A stretch of DNA of 64,000 bases from Heteronotia binoei (Eukaryota). The position numbers and the translations under genes are program-made. Below the pieces are notes generated by a model. The model was not told the DNA's origin. It worked only from the letters and a program-made list of their open reading frames with translations, and did no database searches. This document shows, in pieces, positions 12,101 through 25,200 of this stretch. The stretch is from positions 22,568,001-22,632,000 of the forward strand of contig NC_083237.1 of NCBI RefSeq assembly GCF_032191835.1, in the 5' to 3' direction. How positions within the stretch are numbered: position 1 is the stretch's first letter; each line of letters starts with the position of its first letter.

Positions 12101-15100
12101 GTCCTATTGAAACTAGCTGATTCAAGAATAGTATAATTAATCCAGATACACATTATCTCACAAAGAAACAAACAAAGTTAGAGAAAACATAGCCAGAAGA
12201 AGAAGAAGTGCAGATTTATACCCCATCCTTCTCTCTGAATCAGAGTCTCAGAGCGGCTTACAATCTCCTGTATCTTCTCCCCCCACAACAGACACCCTGT
12301 GAGGTGGGTGGGGCTGAGAGGGTTCTCACAGCAGCTGCCCTTTCAAGGACAACTCTAAGAGAGCTATGGCTGACCCAAGGCCATTCCAGCAGCTGCAGGT
12401 GGAGGAGTGGGAAATCAAACCTGGTTCTCCCAGATAAGAGTCCGCACACTTAACCACTACATCAAACTCCAGCTCCCTAAAATAGCTGTGCACATCTCAA
12501 GCCTTTTAACAGCCTCACTCAAATCAACATGCATATTCTCAGCATGGAATTGACGTAATGAGAAGAAAAGCCTGGTAAGAAAAAACTAATGTTAAAAGGA
12601 GCACAGGCTCAGTCCAATAGATGCTGCATGCTGCAGTACTTACTATCATCTTAGATCTCTGAGAGTTGCTTGCCAGTGTCATGCCAAGGTGGGATACTCC
12701 AGAGCCTCCTGGGAAGACACATGAGGCCAGATGGATTAATGCTGAAGTAGACACGTGCCTATGCTTCCCCACCCCGCCCCCCACCTGGGACCATGGCTCA
12801 GTAATAGAACCTCTGCTTGGCATGCAGAAAGTCCCTGGTTCAATCCTTGGCATCTCCAGTTAAAAGGACCAGGCAGTGGGTGATGAGAAAGACCACTGCC
12901 TGAGACACTGCAGAGCCACTGCCAGTCTGCATAGATGACTTAACTTGATGGACAAAGGGTTTGATTGTATAATGCAGATTCACATGTTTGGATTTGGCAC
13001 CACTATTCAAAAAAGCAGAGCACTGGTTCAGGCCCAGAGATGCTCCGCTGAGGTGAAATCACTACCTTTCTTACTTTGAGCACTGTCAGGGGAGGTGTGA
13101 TTTCCTATCTTGAAGGAGCTTGGACCACGCCTTGGCTATTTTATAGTTAAGAACCATCTAACAAGAAGGCTATATTTTCAGAGACAGAACAGGACTGAAA
13201 TATACAGTGTCTGTCTGAAAACATACAAGGTTCCCATAATATCAAATTGTTCCAAGAACTGATGGAGACCAAAGTCTTCTTAATCTTGGAGGAATGGGCC
13301 CTCAGGCCCACCATGTTATCAGAGCATCCCAATTTGAACTCTACCCAAATTAAAAGCAAGTTATGAAATCTTTCTTCTAAATGTGATTGGTGAACTTCTG
13401 CTCCTTAGAGCAGGAGAAATGGCTCAAGAAAAAGTACACACTTCTCTTCAGTAAAGGTAAAGGTAGTCCCCTGTGCAAGCATCAGTCATTTTCGACTCTG
13501 GGGTAATGTTGCTTTCACAACGTTTTCACAACAGACTTTTTACAGGGTGGTTTGCCATTGCCTTCCCCAGTCATCTACACTTTCCCCCCGCAAGCTGGGT
13601 ACTCATTTTACCCACCTCAGAAGGAAGGCTGAGTTCAACCTGGAACCGGCTACCTGAACCAGCTTCTGCTGGGATCGAACTCAGGTCATGAGCAGAGGGC
13701 TCTGACTGCAGTACTGCAGCTTTACCACTCTGCACCACAGGGCTCTTTCTCTCCAGTGAATGGGCATAAATAAGGGAATAGTCTGGAGCAGAGGATATCT
13801 ACACCATCCTTTATAGATACCACAAATTTATCACTTCAGACTCACCCAATTTCCCACTTCTTGCCTGTGGCCAGGGAGACCTGGCAACCCTATACGTTGA
13901 GCTGTCCACTGCCTGAAAAAAAGCAATGCCCTGTCCCCCCAATAAAGACTTGAAGGATTCTGTTGATCAGGCTGTTTTTTACCTCCATGTCATGAAAAGC
14001 TTCAGTGGCCCATTCCCACACATTAAGCCTCTGTTAACAGACCAGGACATGTTTCTCCAGGTGTGAAAAAGATGAAGATGATAATACTGGATTTATACCC
14101 CAGCCTCTGCTCAGAGTCTCAGAGCAACTCACTATCTCCTTTATCTTCCTCCTCCACAACAGACACCCTGTGAGGTAGGTGGGACTGAGAGAGCCAGTTT
14201 GGTGTAGTGGTTAAGTGTGTGGACTCTTATCTGGGAGAACCGGTTTGACTCCTCCACTTGCACCTGCTAGCATGGCCTTGGGCCAGCCATAGCTCTGGTA
14301 GAGGTTGTCCTTGAAAGGGCAGTTGCTGTGAAAGTCCTCTCAGTCCCACCCACCTCACAGGGTGTCTGTTGTGGGGAGGAAGGTAAAGGAGATTGTGAGC
14401 TGCTCTGAGACTCTTCATAGTGGAGGGCGCGATATAAATCCAATATCTTCTTCCCAGAAGCTGCCCTTTCAAGGACAGCTCTGCAAGAGCTATTGCTAAC
14501 CCAAGGCCATTCCAGCAGCTGCAAGTGGAGGAATGGGGAATCAAACCCAAGTAAAAGGCTGTGCAATTAATCACGATACCAAACTGGCTGGCTATGCTCA
14601 ACACTTCAGCTAAAACCTCTTGGAAACACAGTTGGGTAGTATGTCTTCCTGGAAGCTGACAAAGATGCTGTTCTCTGAACCTTCAGTAAATCGTTTCACA
14701 GGATCAGTCAGTAGCACAATGAACTGAACAGAAGCCTAAAGGAGGGCACTGTTGGATACCTGCTGGCTAGAGAAGTACCAGTGGTGCGTGAGCACCTAAT
14801 TTATTGAAAAGCCTGGGTGCTCTCTCCATAAGAGCACCAGAGTCCTTTTCAATTATGAAAGATCGCTCATTCCCTTTTATTCAAGGCCTGATACTCACCC
14901 TCAAGTGGAATATCCTGGCACTCTTCATTTTGCATTTTACACTGGTACACATGGCCTGTGGTGTTTGGCTCACCAGGGGCTCCTATAATGATCCTGAAAA
15001 GAAATAAAAGAATAGAGGGCACAGACAGGGTAGTGCTATCATTAGTAAACTGACCTCTTTCCAAAGCACCGTCAAGTCTTATTTTCAATCCCCAGGCTTA

Positions 15101-18100
15101 AGCTTGACCCCTATTCAAAGGTATAATCTCCTGTGCTTTAAAAATAATCATGTTAGTTAGGGTTGCCAACCTCCAGGTGGGACCTGGAGCTCTCTCAGTA
15201 TTACAACAGATCTCTAGATGACAGGAATCAGTTCCCCTTGAGAAAATGGCTGCTTTGGAAGGTGGATTCTGTGGCCTGAGAGCCAGTTAGATGCCGTGCA
15301 CAGAATTTAATTTATTTTTTAAATTTATATCCCACCCTATCCCACAAGCGGGCTCAGGGTGGCTTACAACAGTAATCTGGGAGAACTGGGTTTGATTCCC
15401 CACTCCTCCCCTCCATATGCAGCTGCTGGGTAACCTTGGGCAGGCCACTGTTCTCTCAAGAGCAGTTCTCTGAGAGCTCCCTCAGCCTCACCTACCTCAC
15501 AGGGTGTCTGCTGTGGGGAGAGGAAAGGAAGGAGTGTGTGTGTAAGCTGCTCTGAGACTCCGGGTGAAGGGCAGGGTAGAAATCCAATCTCTTCTTCCTT
15601 CACTAACTCCATCTTTCTGAGGCTCCACCCCAAATCTCCAGCTATTTCCCAACTTGGAGTTGGCAATTCTAGGAAGGACTCAACAGAGAAAGCCTTTTCC
15701 TGACAATGGGGAAAGCAGCAGCATCTGTATTTCAGCCTCTCATGCAGCAGTTAAAGAGACCCATGTGCCAACATTGTTGCTTTAGCAAACAGTTGCGAAT
15801 ATTATTTTTGCGGCTTGTTTTAATTGATTTCATTCATTCATTAAGCCACCTTGAGTCTCTCAAGGGACAGGCAAGATTTAAATATTCAAAATCGATAAAT
15901 GCACTTCCTATCTCCCTCCCTGCTCCAACCCTTTACTCTCACTTCCTACAACAACTCATGTGAGAAGAAGCGGTATGACTCACCAAAAAAGGAACAAGAG
16001 GTGAGATTCAGGCCAATGAAACAGCTAAAGAAGAGAGGGACGTGCCCCTCTACCCTGAACGAAATGAAACTGTGTGGCGCGATTGACTCTGCTAATCAAA
16101 TACAGCTCGATGGGGAAAACATGAAAGCTTATACCCAGAATTAAACTTTGTTGGTCTTAAAGGTGCCCCTGGACTCAAATTTTGTTCTGTTGCTTCAGAC
16201 CAACATGGCTACCCCACCTGAATCTAACCTGATAAGAGAATCCAGACTGAAAGTAGAAGTCACATGTGTGGGACTCCTCTTCCCCAAACAAACACTTCCA
16301 TTGTGATGCAACCTCCAAAATGCCTGTTCATTTCCCATTTCACCCAATCTTCTCCCTGAGCTTATAGATACCCACGGGACTCTCCAGTTTTATGCCAGTG
16401 AAACTGACTTCCAGTTCTTTTTTTGCTTCCTCCCTAAGTTTGCCACTGCCAACAGGCCGGGAGAAGAATCACCTGTCCCTTGCATAGAGACTCCATCTGT
16501 GAAAGCAGGCGATCCGAGCTTTTCACAGCATAAAAGTAAATAACGTTTAATCAAGGGGCAGGGCATTTCCCCTCAAGGCAGTAGGCAACCCTACAAGTCA
16601 TGTTCATACCTTGATTGCTTTTACTCTGCGGTAAAGCCACAGAGTTTCTGGTAATTTCTAGAGCAACTTGCCATCACTTGAGAGCTTTCCCCAGAAGTCA
16701 TGCCACACGAAATGTCAGTGATTTTTTTTCTCTCTTCCTGCATCCAAAGCAGTGGTAATGGAGGAGGAGGAGGGAGATTGGATTTATACTCCGCCCTTCA
16801 CTTGGAATCTCAGAGCAGTTTACAATTTCCTTCGCTTCCCCTCCCCATAACAGACACCCTGTGTGTGGGGCTAAGGGAGTTCTCAGAGAACTGCTCTTGA
16901 GGGAACAGCTCTGAGAGAACTGGGACTGACCCAAGGTCACCCAGCAACTGCATGTGAAGGAGTGGGGAATCAAATCCAGTTCTTCCAGATTAGAGTCAGT
17001 GCTCCTACACCAAACTTGTTCTTGAGGAGAGCAGGTGGCTGGAAGGAGATCTCTCACCATTGCAGGAGATCTGGCAACTTTGGGGGAAAGTTTTACAGCA
17101 TCGCCCGGACATGACAACACACCTTCTCCACCTCCACTCTCCCCAAGAACTATACCTCAGATCTCCTTGCATTTTCCTATACAACGTTGGAAACCCTAAC
17201 TTCTAAATATAAACAATGGCGATGGGCTTATGTGTTTGAGATCCAGTAGAACAAGTTACAATTCCTACTGGCATGCCGCACACACATGCACACACTAACC
17301 CTGGATTCTACTACGTTTAGGGAATTACCTGGCTTCAGGGCCTTCCCCAATCTGCAGAACCTCATATCCAAATTGCACACTGGAGTTGGAAGAGAATACA
17401 GCGGCAGGAGAGATGTCGATATTGTACCCCAGTGCTGGGGAAGGACCTGCCAAAAGAAAAGAAGCAATGTTTATCTAACATATGCTGGAATTAACTTTCA
17501 TGTCTCTCTTCTGCACCAGATGATCAGCTTGGCCTGCTTCTATTGCCCTGAATAGCAATTTGAGCTACAGGTGTAGCTCATGGGAATCTTCCCATGATAT
17601 GGAGCTCAAAATAATCTTTTACTATTAATTCTAGATCAAGCAGTTTGTCAAAGGCACAGGGCCAAGTTTGTGGAGCAAAAGAAGCAGAGCACACAATCTT
17701 GAAGCCCATTTCAAATTCCATAACCATATGACTCTAGGAGTCTACCTATCATTCATTTATTTTGATATTTATATCCTGCTTATCTCCCCCATGGGACTCA
17801 AGGCAGCTCACAACATTGTTCTCCTCTCCAGGGCTTTTTTTGTAGGAAAAGCCCAGCCAGAACTCATTTGTATATTAGGCCACACCCCATGACATCACCA
17901 TTGTTTCGCACGGGGCTTTGTTGTAGAAAAAGCCCAGAAGGAACTCATTTGCATATTAGGCTACACCTCCTGACACCAAGGCAGCTGAAACTGCTTTCCT
18001 ACTAAAAAAAAAAGCCTTCCCTCTCCTCCATTTTAATCTCACAACAAGAAGCTGGGAAGGTAGGGCTAGGTAGAAAGCATGTGATTGGCTCGAGGCCATC

Positions 18101-19218
18101 CACCAATGAGCTTCCATGGCAGACTGAGAATCTGAACCTTGATCTCTCAGATCCCAGTCTGATGCTTTAACCACTACAACATGCAGGTTCCATGTTTTAG
18201 AACAAAATGAAGATCATCCTTTCGAGCATCAAACTTGTTCTTTTAATTCGTTAATTTCACTATTTGCCCATTGGATTCTACCTTTGTACTATTTTGCATG
18301 CTTAACCAGTGCCCACAACAAGCTATATGTAGCACTGCTAACTGGACCCCATTTCATTGTCTGATGAAGTGTACTTCTAGTATATGAAAGTTCACATTCT
18401 GAATAAAACTTTGTTGGTTTTAAAGGTGCTACTGGACTCCAACTTTGTTCTGCTGCTTCAGACCAACACGGCTGCCCACCTGGATCTATCTTTAGAGCAC
18501 CCTTTTACCGTAGAGGATGATGATATTGGATTTATATCCCACCCTTCACTCTGAATCTCAGAGTGGCTCACTATCTCCTTTACCTTCCTCCCCTACAACA
18601 AACACCCTGTGAGGTGGGTGGGTCTAAGAGACCTCTTACAGAAACTGCCCTTTCAAGGACAATTCTGTGAGAGCTATGGCTAACCCAAGACTGTTCCAGC
18701 AACTGCAAGTGGGGAATCAAACCTGGTTTTCCCAAATAAGAGTGCACACTTTTAACCACTACACCAAACTGGCTCTCTGAAGAGTGGACTGAGTTCACCC
18801 AGCAGTAACAGGATGAGTTCCACACATGAAAAATTTAAAGAAGCTGTGTGAATCCTCCAGATGCTATAATTGCACTGGGTTTTACTTGGCAGCGGATAGG
18901 CATGACTCAAACTTCTGAAGAACAGCTCAAGCTCAAAGTAGAGGGCGCAGGGCAAAAGAAATGTTATGTTTTTGGTGTTTCTCCAAAGACAAGGAAGGGC
19001 TTTGACCTTAGAAATTTCCCTGCATGATGGTTAAACATGCCTATGAATCAGGAGAAGGAGACCGTCCCAAAAATGGGGAAAGCACATTCCATTGCTGAAG
19101 CAAAAAATCTCGCCCACAAGATTTGCTTGCCAGCTTCATGCATTATCAAATCAAAGAGAGACCACTAACCAAAGTTAGAAACAAAGTTCTCAAATAGAAA
19201 CTGTTAAAAACACCAAGC

Positions 19219-19256
<38 letters not shown>

Positions 19257-22200
19257 GGAACCGTTAAGATACAGACACGCCAAACAGAAATGGTTACTGA
19301 AGGTCTTGGAAAGCCTCGGGTTAAAGATCTAAAATGTGTGTGTGTATGTACACACTCACACGCATGTGAACACACAAACACAGCTCCAGGTTGGAGAACT
19401 CCTGGAGATCGGGAGGTTGAGCCTGGAAAGGACAGGGACCTCAGTGGGGTACAAGGCCATAGACCCCACTCTCCAAAACATCGTTTTCCTCCAGTGGAAG
19501 TGATTTCTGTAAGTCTGGAGATGACATGCAATTCTAGGGTGGTCTCCAGGTGCCACCTGAAGGCTGACATTCCTAGCTCTAGTAGTCCATGGAAATCTTT
19601 AGAGTGCCAAAAAGTCCTTTTTGTTTTTGCTTCAACAAGACCTAACTTTATGTTAATCTATCCTCATGCCCATATGATAACCTTTGATCAGACATGCCTT
19701 GTGAATTCTATGACAAGAATTCAGTTCCCATGGACACAGGAGCTTCTGTCTCAAATGCCACTTTCCTGAACTGAAACATCCCAGGAAACTACTATTTGAC
19801 AATTTGGGATACAGATACTGATAGCTTTATGCAGGTTTCCCTAGCAGGGCATTTTTGCTTGAGAAAAGACGATGGTGGGGAAGGCTCATACCCCTTCTAG
19901 ACCACAGACCGTATATTTATACCCCACCTGTCTCCCTGAATCAGAGTCTCAGAGCAGTTTACAATCTCCTTTACCTTCTTCCCCCACAACAGACACCATG
20001 TGAGGTGGGTGGGGCTGAGAGAGCTCTCACAGAAAGCTGCCCTTTCAAGGACAACTCTTGTGAGAACTATGGCTGACCCAAGGCCATTCCAGCAGCTGCA
20101 AGTGGAGGAGTGGGGAATCAAACCTGGTTCTCCTAGATAAGAGTCTGTGCACTTAACCACTACACTGAACTGGCTCTCTTCTCCCCACACACCACAGTTT
20201 TGATCCAAGCAGGGCCTTCATATACCTGGACACTGAGTTCTGAGAGCATACCTGGACACTAAGTTCTGAGCACAAACCTCAGAAGGCACATGGGACCAAA
20301 ATCCTTGAGGAGGACCTGGGGAGGATGTCAGGATAACATAATGTATAGTTAGGTCCAGATTAATTTTAAAAAATTGAATAAGGTGATGACTGCATTCAGA
20401 TGCCATGCACAAATCTCTGACAGGCACAAGCTTGGCTTGTTCTCCTACAAATGTGTTCCTTCCCTCCTCTATTTAACGGGTTAATTGAGATCTTCTAAAC
20501 TGATGAGTTACTGAAACAGAAGCCATAAGTAGCAGTTGATTAGTGACTGTAAACTGCATCAAGCAGGTTCCCTAGTAGTGGCATAAGCATTTTCTAAACA
20601 AACTGAGCTTTTGGCTGTGGTTTGAGAAAAAGATACGAGTTCAGCAACATGGCAAGAAGCACCAATCACAGTCATTCTGAAATCTGCAGACACTCCACAA
20701 AATGCTTACGTTACCATGCTGCTTCCCTTCCCAACAAGAACAGTCAAAATATTCTCTTTCTTAATGACTAGTAAAGAAGGTGATGATATTGGATTTATAT
20801 CCTGCCCTATACTCTGAATCTCAGCGTCTCAGAGTGGTCACAATCTCCTTTACCTTCCCTCCCCCCCCCCACAACAGACACCTGTAAGGTAGGTGGGGCT
20901 GCGAGAGCTGTTACAGTAGCTGCCCTTTCAATGACAAGGGATGCTTTCTAGAAGAAGCGGGAGCTGTACAAAAAAGACGGTCTCCAATTGTCCCCAGATG
21001 GAACCAGGCTGCTGGCGCTTAAAATCATAAAGGTGGCAAAGCAGTTTTTAAACTAAATCTTGGGGGAAAGCCGACAGGAGATGAAATGTCTCTGGTTCGA
21101 GAGGACTCATCTCAAAGAGATGAAGAGTTAGCTGTTACTTTTCTACTGGATAATGGATCCGAGTTGTCCACTGAGATGGTGACAAACAGAATGGACTGCC
21201 TGCCAGAGTCTCGAGGTGGCAGAAGGAAGGTGGCGGGAAGGAAGCTTGCCTGGGAAATTATAGATGTTTGTACACAAATGCTAGAAGTCTTCAAAGTAAA
21301 ATTGGTGAGTTGGAATGTTTAGTGTTGGGGGAAAACATAGAAATTGTGGGAATTTCAGAAACTTGGTGGAATGAGGAGAATCAGTGGGACACAGTGATTC
21401 CTGGATATAAGTTACATCAGAAGGATAGGGAGGGAAGGGTTGGAGGTGGGGTGGCTCTGTATGTCAGAGAGGGCATACAGTCCAGTAAGACTAAGGTCAG
21501 AGAATTAGATTCCCTTCTAGAAATGCTTTGGGTTGAACTAGAGGGCCCAAAAGGAAATTTAACTATGGGAGTTTGTTATTGCCTACCAAATCAAAAGATA
21601 GAGGATGACTATAATATGATGGAAGGCTTAAAGATAGACGTAAAAACTGTGTTGTCATAGGTGATTTTAACTACCCGCAGATTGATTGGGTCAATATGTG
21701 TTCTGGTCGAGAGAAAGAAATTGAGTTTCTAGATGCTCTCAATGACTGTGCTATGGAGTAGATGGTCTCTGAACCTACCAGGGGTGGGGCGTTCCTGGAT
21801 TTGGTCTTAAGTAATGCCCAAGACTTGGTGAGAGATGTAAAAGTGATCGCACCGCTTGGGAGCAGTGACCATAACGTTATTGATTTCACCATTTGTATAA
21901 ATAGAGAGTTGCTCCAAAAGACCAGCACAACCATGTTTAACTTTAAAAGGGGTAAATTCTCTGAGATGCAGAGGCATGTGAAGAGGAAACTGAAAGGAAA
22001 GGTAAATACAGTCAAAACCCTTGAGGAAGCTTGGAGGCTATTTAAAACTACAATCCTAGAAGCACAGATAAAATATATATCACAAGTTAGGAAAGGTACA
22101 AACAGGTATAAGAGAAGGCCTGCATGGTTAACAAAGTAATGGAAGCTGTAAAAGGTAAGAAGGACTCCTTTAAGCGGCGGAAAGCTAGTTCAAGTGAGAT

Positions 22201-25200
22201 TAATAAAAGGGAACACAGGCAGTGGCAAATCAAATTCAAGACTGTGATCAAGCAGGCAAAAAGGGACTATGAGGAGCATATTGCAAAAAACATAAAGACC
22301 AACAATAAAAATTTCTTCAAATATATTAGAAGCAGGAAACCAGCCAGGGAGGCAGTGGGCCCTTGGATGACCAAGGGGTCAAAGGATTACTGAAGGAGGA
22401 TAGGGAAATGCCTGAGAAGCTGAATGCATTTTTTTGCCTCCGTCTTCACTGTGGAAGATGAGAAGTGTTTGCCTGCTCCAGAACCACTTATATTGGAAGG
22501 GGTTTTGAAAGACCTGAGCCAGATTGAGGTGACAAGAGAGGAGGTCCTACAACTGATAGACGAATTAAAAACTAATAAGTCACCAGGTCCGGATGGCATA
22601 CACCCAAGAGTTCTGAAAGAACTCAAAGTTGAACTTGTGGTCTTCTGACAAAAATATGTAATCTTTCATTGAAATCTGCCTTCGTTCCTGAGGACTGGAA
22701 GGTAGCAAATGTCACCCCCATCTTTAAAAAGGGTTCCAAAGGCGATCTGGGAAACTACAGGCCAGTCAGTCTGACTTCAATACCGGGAAAGTTGGTAGAA
22801 ACCATTATCAAGGACAGAATGAGTAGGCACATTGATGAACACGAGTTATTGAGGAAGACTCAGCATGGGTTCTGTAAGGGAAGATCTCGCCTCACTAACC
22901 TGTTACATTTCTTTGAGGAGGTGAACAAACATGTGGACAAAGGAGACCCGATAGATATTGTTTAACTTGACTTCCAGAAAGCTTTTGATAAAGTTCCTCA
23001 TCAAAGGCTCCTTAGAAAGCTCAAAAGTCATGGAGTAAAAGGACAGGGCCTCTTGTGGATCAAAAACTGGCTAATTAATAGAAAGCAGAAAGTGAGTATA
23101 AATGGGCAGTCTTCGCAGTGGAGGACGGTAAGCAGTGGCGTGCCGCAGGGCTCAGTTCTGGGTCCCATGTTCTTTAACTTGTTCATAAATTATTTGGAGT
23201 GGAGAGTAAGCAGTGAAGTGGCCAAGTTTGCAGATGACAATAAATTGTTCAGGGTGGTGAGAACCAGAGAGGATTGTGAGGAACTCCGAAGGGATCTGTT
23301 GAGGCTGGGTGAGTGGGCGTCAATGTGGCAGATGAGGTTCAATGTGGCCAAGTGCAAAGTAATGCACATTGGGGCCAAGAATCCCAGCTACAAATACAAG
23401 TTGATGGGGTGTGAACTGGCAGAGACTGACCAAGAGAGAGATCTTGGGGTCGTGGTAGATAACTCACTGAAAATGTCAAGGCAGTGTGCGATTGCAATAA
23501 AAAAAGGCCAACGCCATGCTGGGAATTATTAGGAAGGGAATTGAAACCAAATCAGCCAGTATCATAATGCCCCTGTATAAATCGATGGTGTGGTCTCATT
23601 TGGAATACTGTGTGCAATTCTGGTCACTGAACCTCAAAAAGGATATTATAGCATTGGAAAAAGTCCAGAAAAGGGCAACTAGAATGATTAAAGATTTGGA
23701 ACACTTTCCCTATGAAGAAAGGTTAAAACGCTTGGGGCTCTTTAGTTTGGAGAAACGTCGACTGCAGGGTGACTTGATAGAGGTTTATAAGATTATGCAT
23801 GGGATGGAGAAGGTAGAGAAAGAAGTACTTTCTCCCTTTCTCACAATACAAGAACTCGTGGGCATTCAATTAAATTGCTGAGCAGTCGGGTTAGAACGTA
23901 TAAAAGGAGGTACTTCTTCACCCAAAGGGTGATTAACATGTGGAATTCACTGCCACAGGAGGTGGTGGCGGCTACAAGCATAGCCAGCTTCAAGAGGGGG
24001 TTAGATAAAAATATGGAGCAGAGGTCCATCAGTGGCTATTAGCCACAGTGTGTGTATGTATATATATAATTTTTTTGGCCACTGTGTGACACAGAGTGTT
24101 GGACTGGATGGGCCATTGGCCTGATCCAACATGGCTTCTCTTATGTTCTTATGACAACTCCTACGAGAGCTATGGCTGACCCAAGGTCATTCCAGCAGCT
24201 GCAAGTGGAGGAGTGGGGAATCAAACCCGGTTCTCCCAGATAAGAGTCTGTGCCCTTAACCACTGAATTTTATTTCATACCATCATGGCAAATCTACAAA
24301 CTTTAATCTGCACATGTAGTAGAATTTTGAGGAGGAAGAATTGATAGTACTCCTTCACACTACTGGTGGAGGGACTGGATTCTGAAATATTATCTGATAT
24401 TAAAAAGTGTCTAGATAAATCCCACATCAGGAAACAAGTGAGGCTAGAATCTTACACCTGATAAATTACAGGGGTTATTTGCAGACTTTTTTAATATAGA
24501 AAAATAATCCGAAACAGCATTCCCTGTCAAAAATTTGATGTCTACGGAGTCCAATTTGTACATCAGGTTTAGAGGTGCCATTTGCCTGCTTTTGGCAGGC
24601 AAACTCTCCCTCACCACTGCTCAAATGAGAGGAGGGAGAAAATGGGGGGGATGGATTGTCAATCCATCAGGGCTTTTTTTTGTAGCAGGAGCTCCTTTGC
24701 ATATTAGGCCACACACCCCTGATGTAGCCAATCCTCCAAGAGCTTACAGTAGGCCCTGTTCTAAGAGCCCTATAAGCTCTTGGAGGATTGGCTACATTGG
24801 AGTGGGGTGGTCTAATATGCAAAAGAGTTCCTGCTATAAAAAAAAAGCCCTGATCAACACTACTTCCAGCTAAAATTTGGATGTGATGTCACCGGTATGC
24901 TAGGATTTTGCTGATCTTAGATTTCACCATAGAGAATGAGACGTTGCTATCACTTTCAGGTTTTAGCTAGAAGTGCTGTTGACATGTTGCTGATGTCCTC
25001 TTTCCTGTGTGCTGTCCCCCAAAATCTCCTAGGGGCTCCTGGCATGAACCTGGCACCCCTAAGGAATCTACTGCCTCATCCACTGACTCATGTATAAATG
25101 AGTTTACCTGCACACTGAAGATGCTCAAGTATATTTTGAACCATTATATGACAGGCTCAAATAAGGTAGCCAGATCTGACTCAAGAAATATCTGAGGACT

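Noticed and set aside
20220-20275. Short tandem duplications (also about 39088-39133 and 56095-56145) as CRISPR-like or functional arrays
   Set aside because: Only two units each, no spacers, eukaryotic context; ordinary slippage duplications.
21268-23881. CR1 ORF2 as an active reverse transcriptase gene
   Set aside because: Multiple frameshifts and in-frame stops, including IV*LDF.
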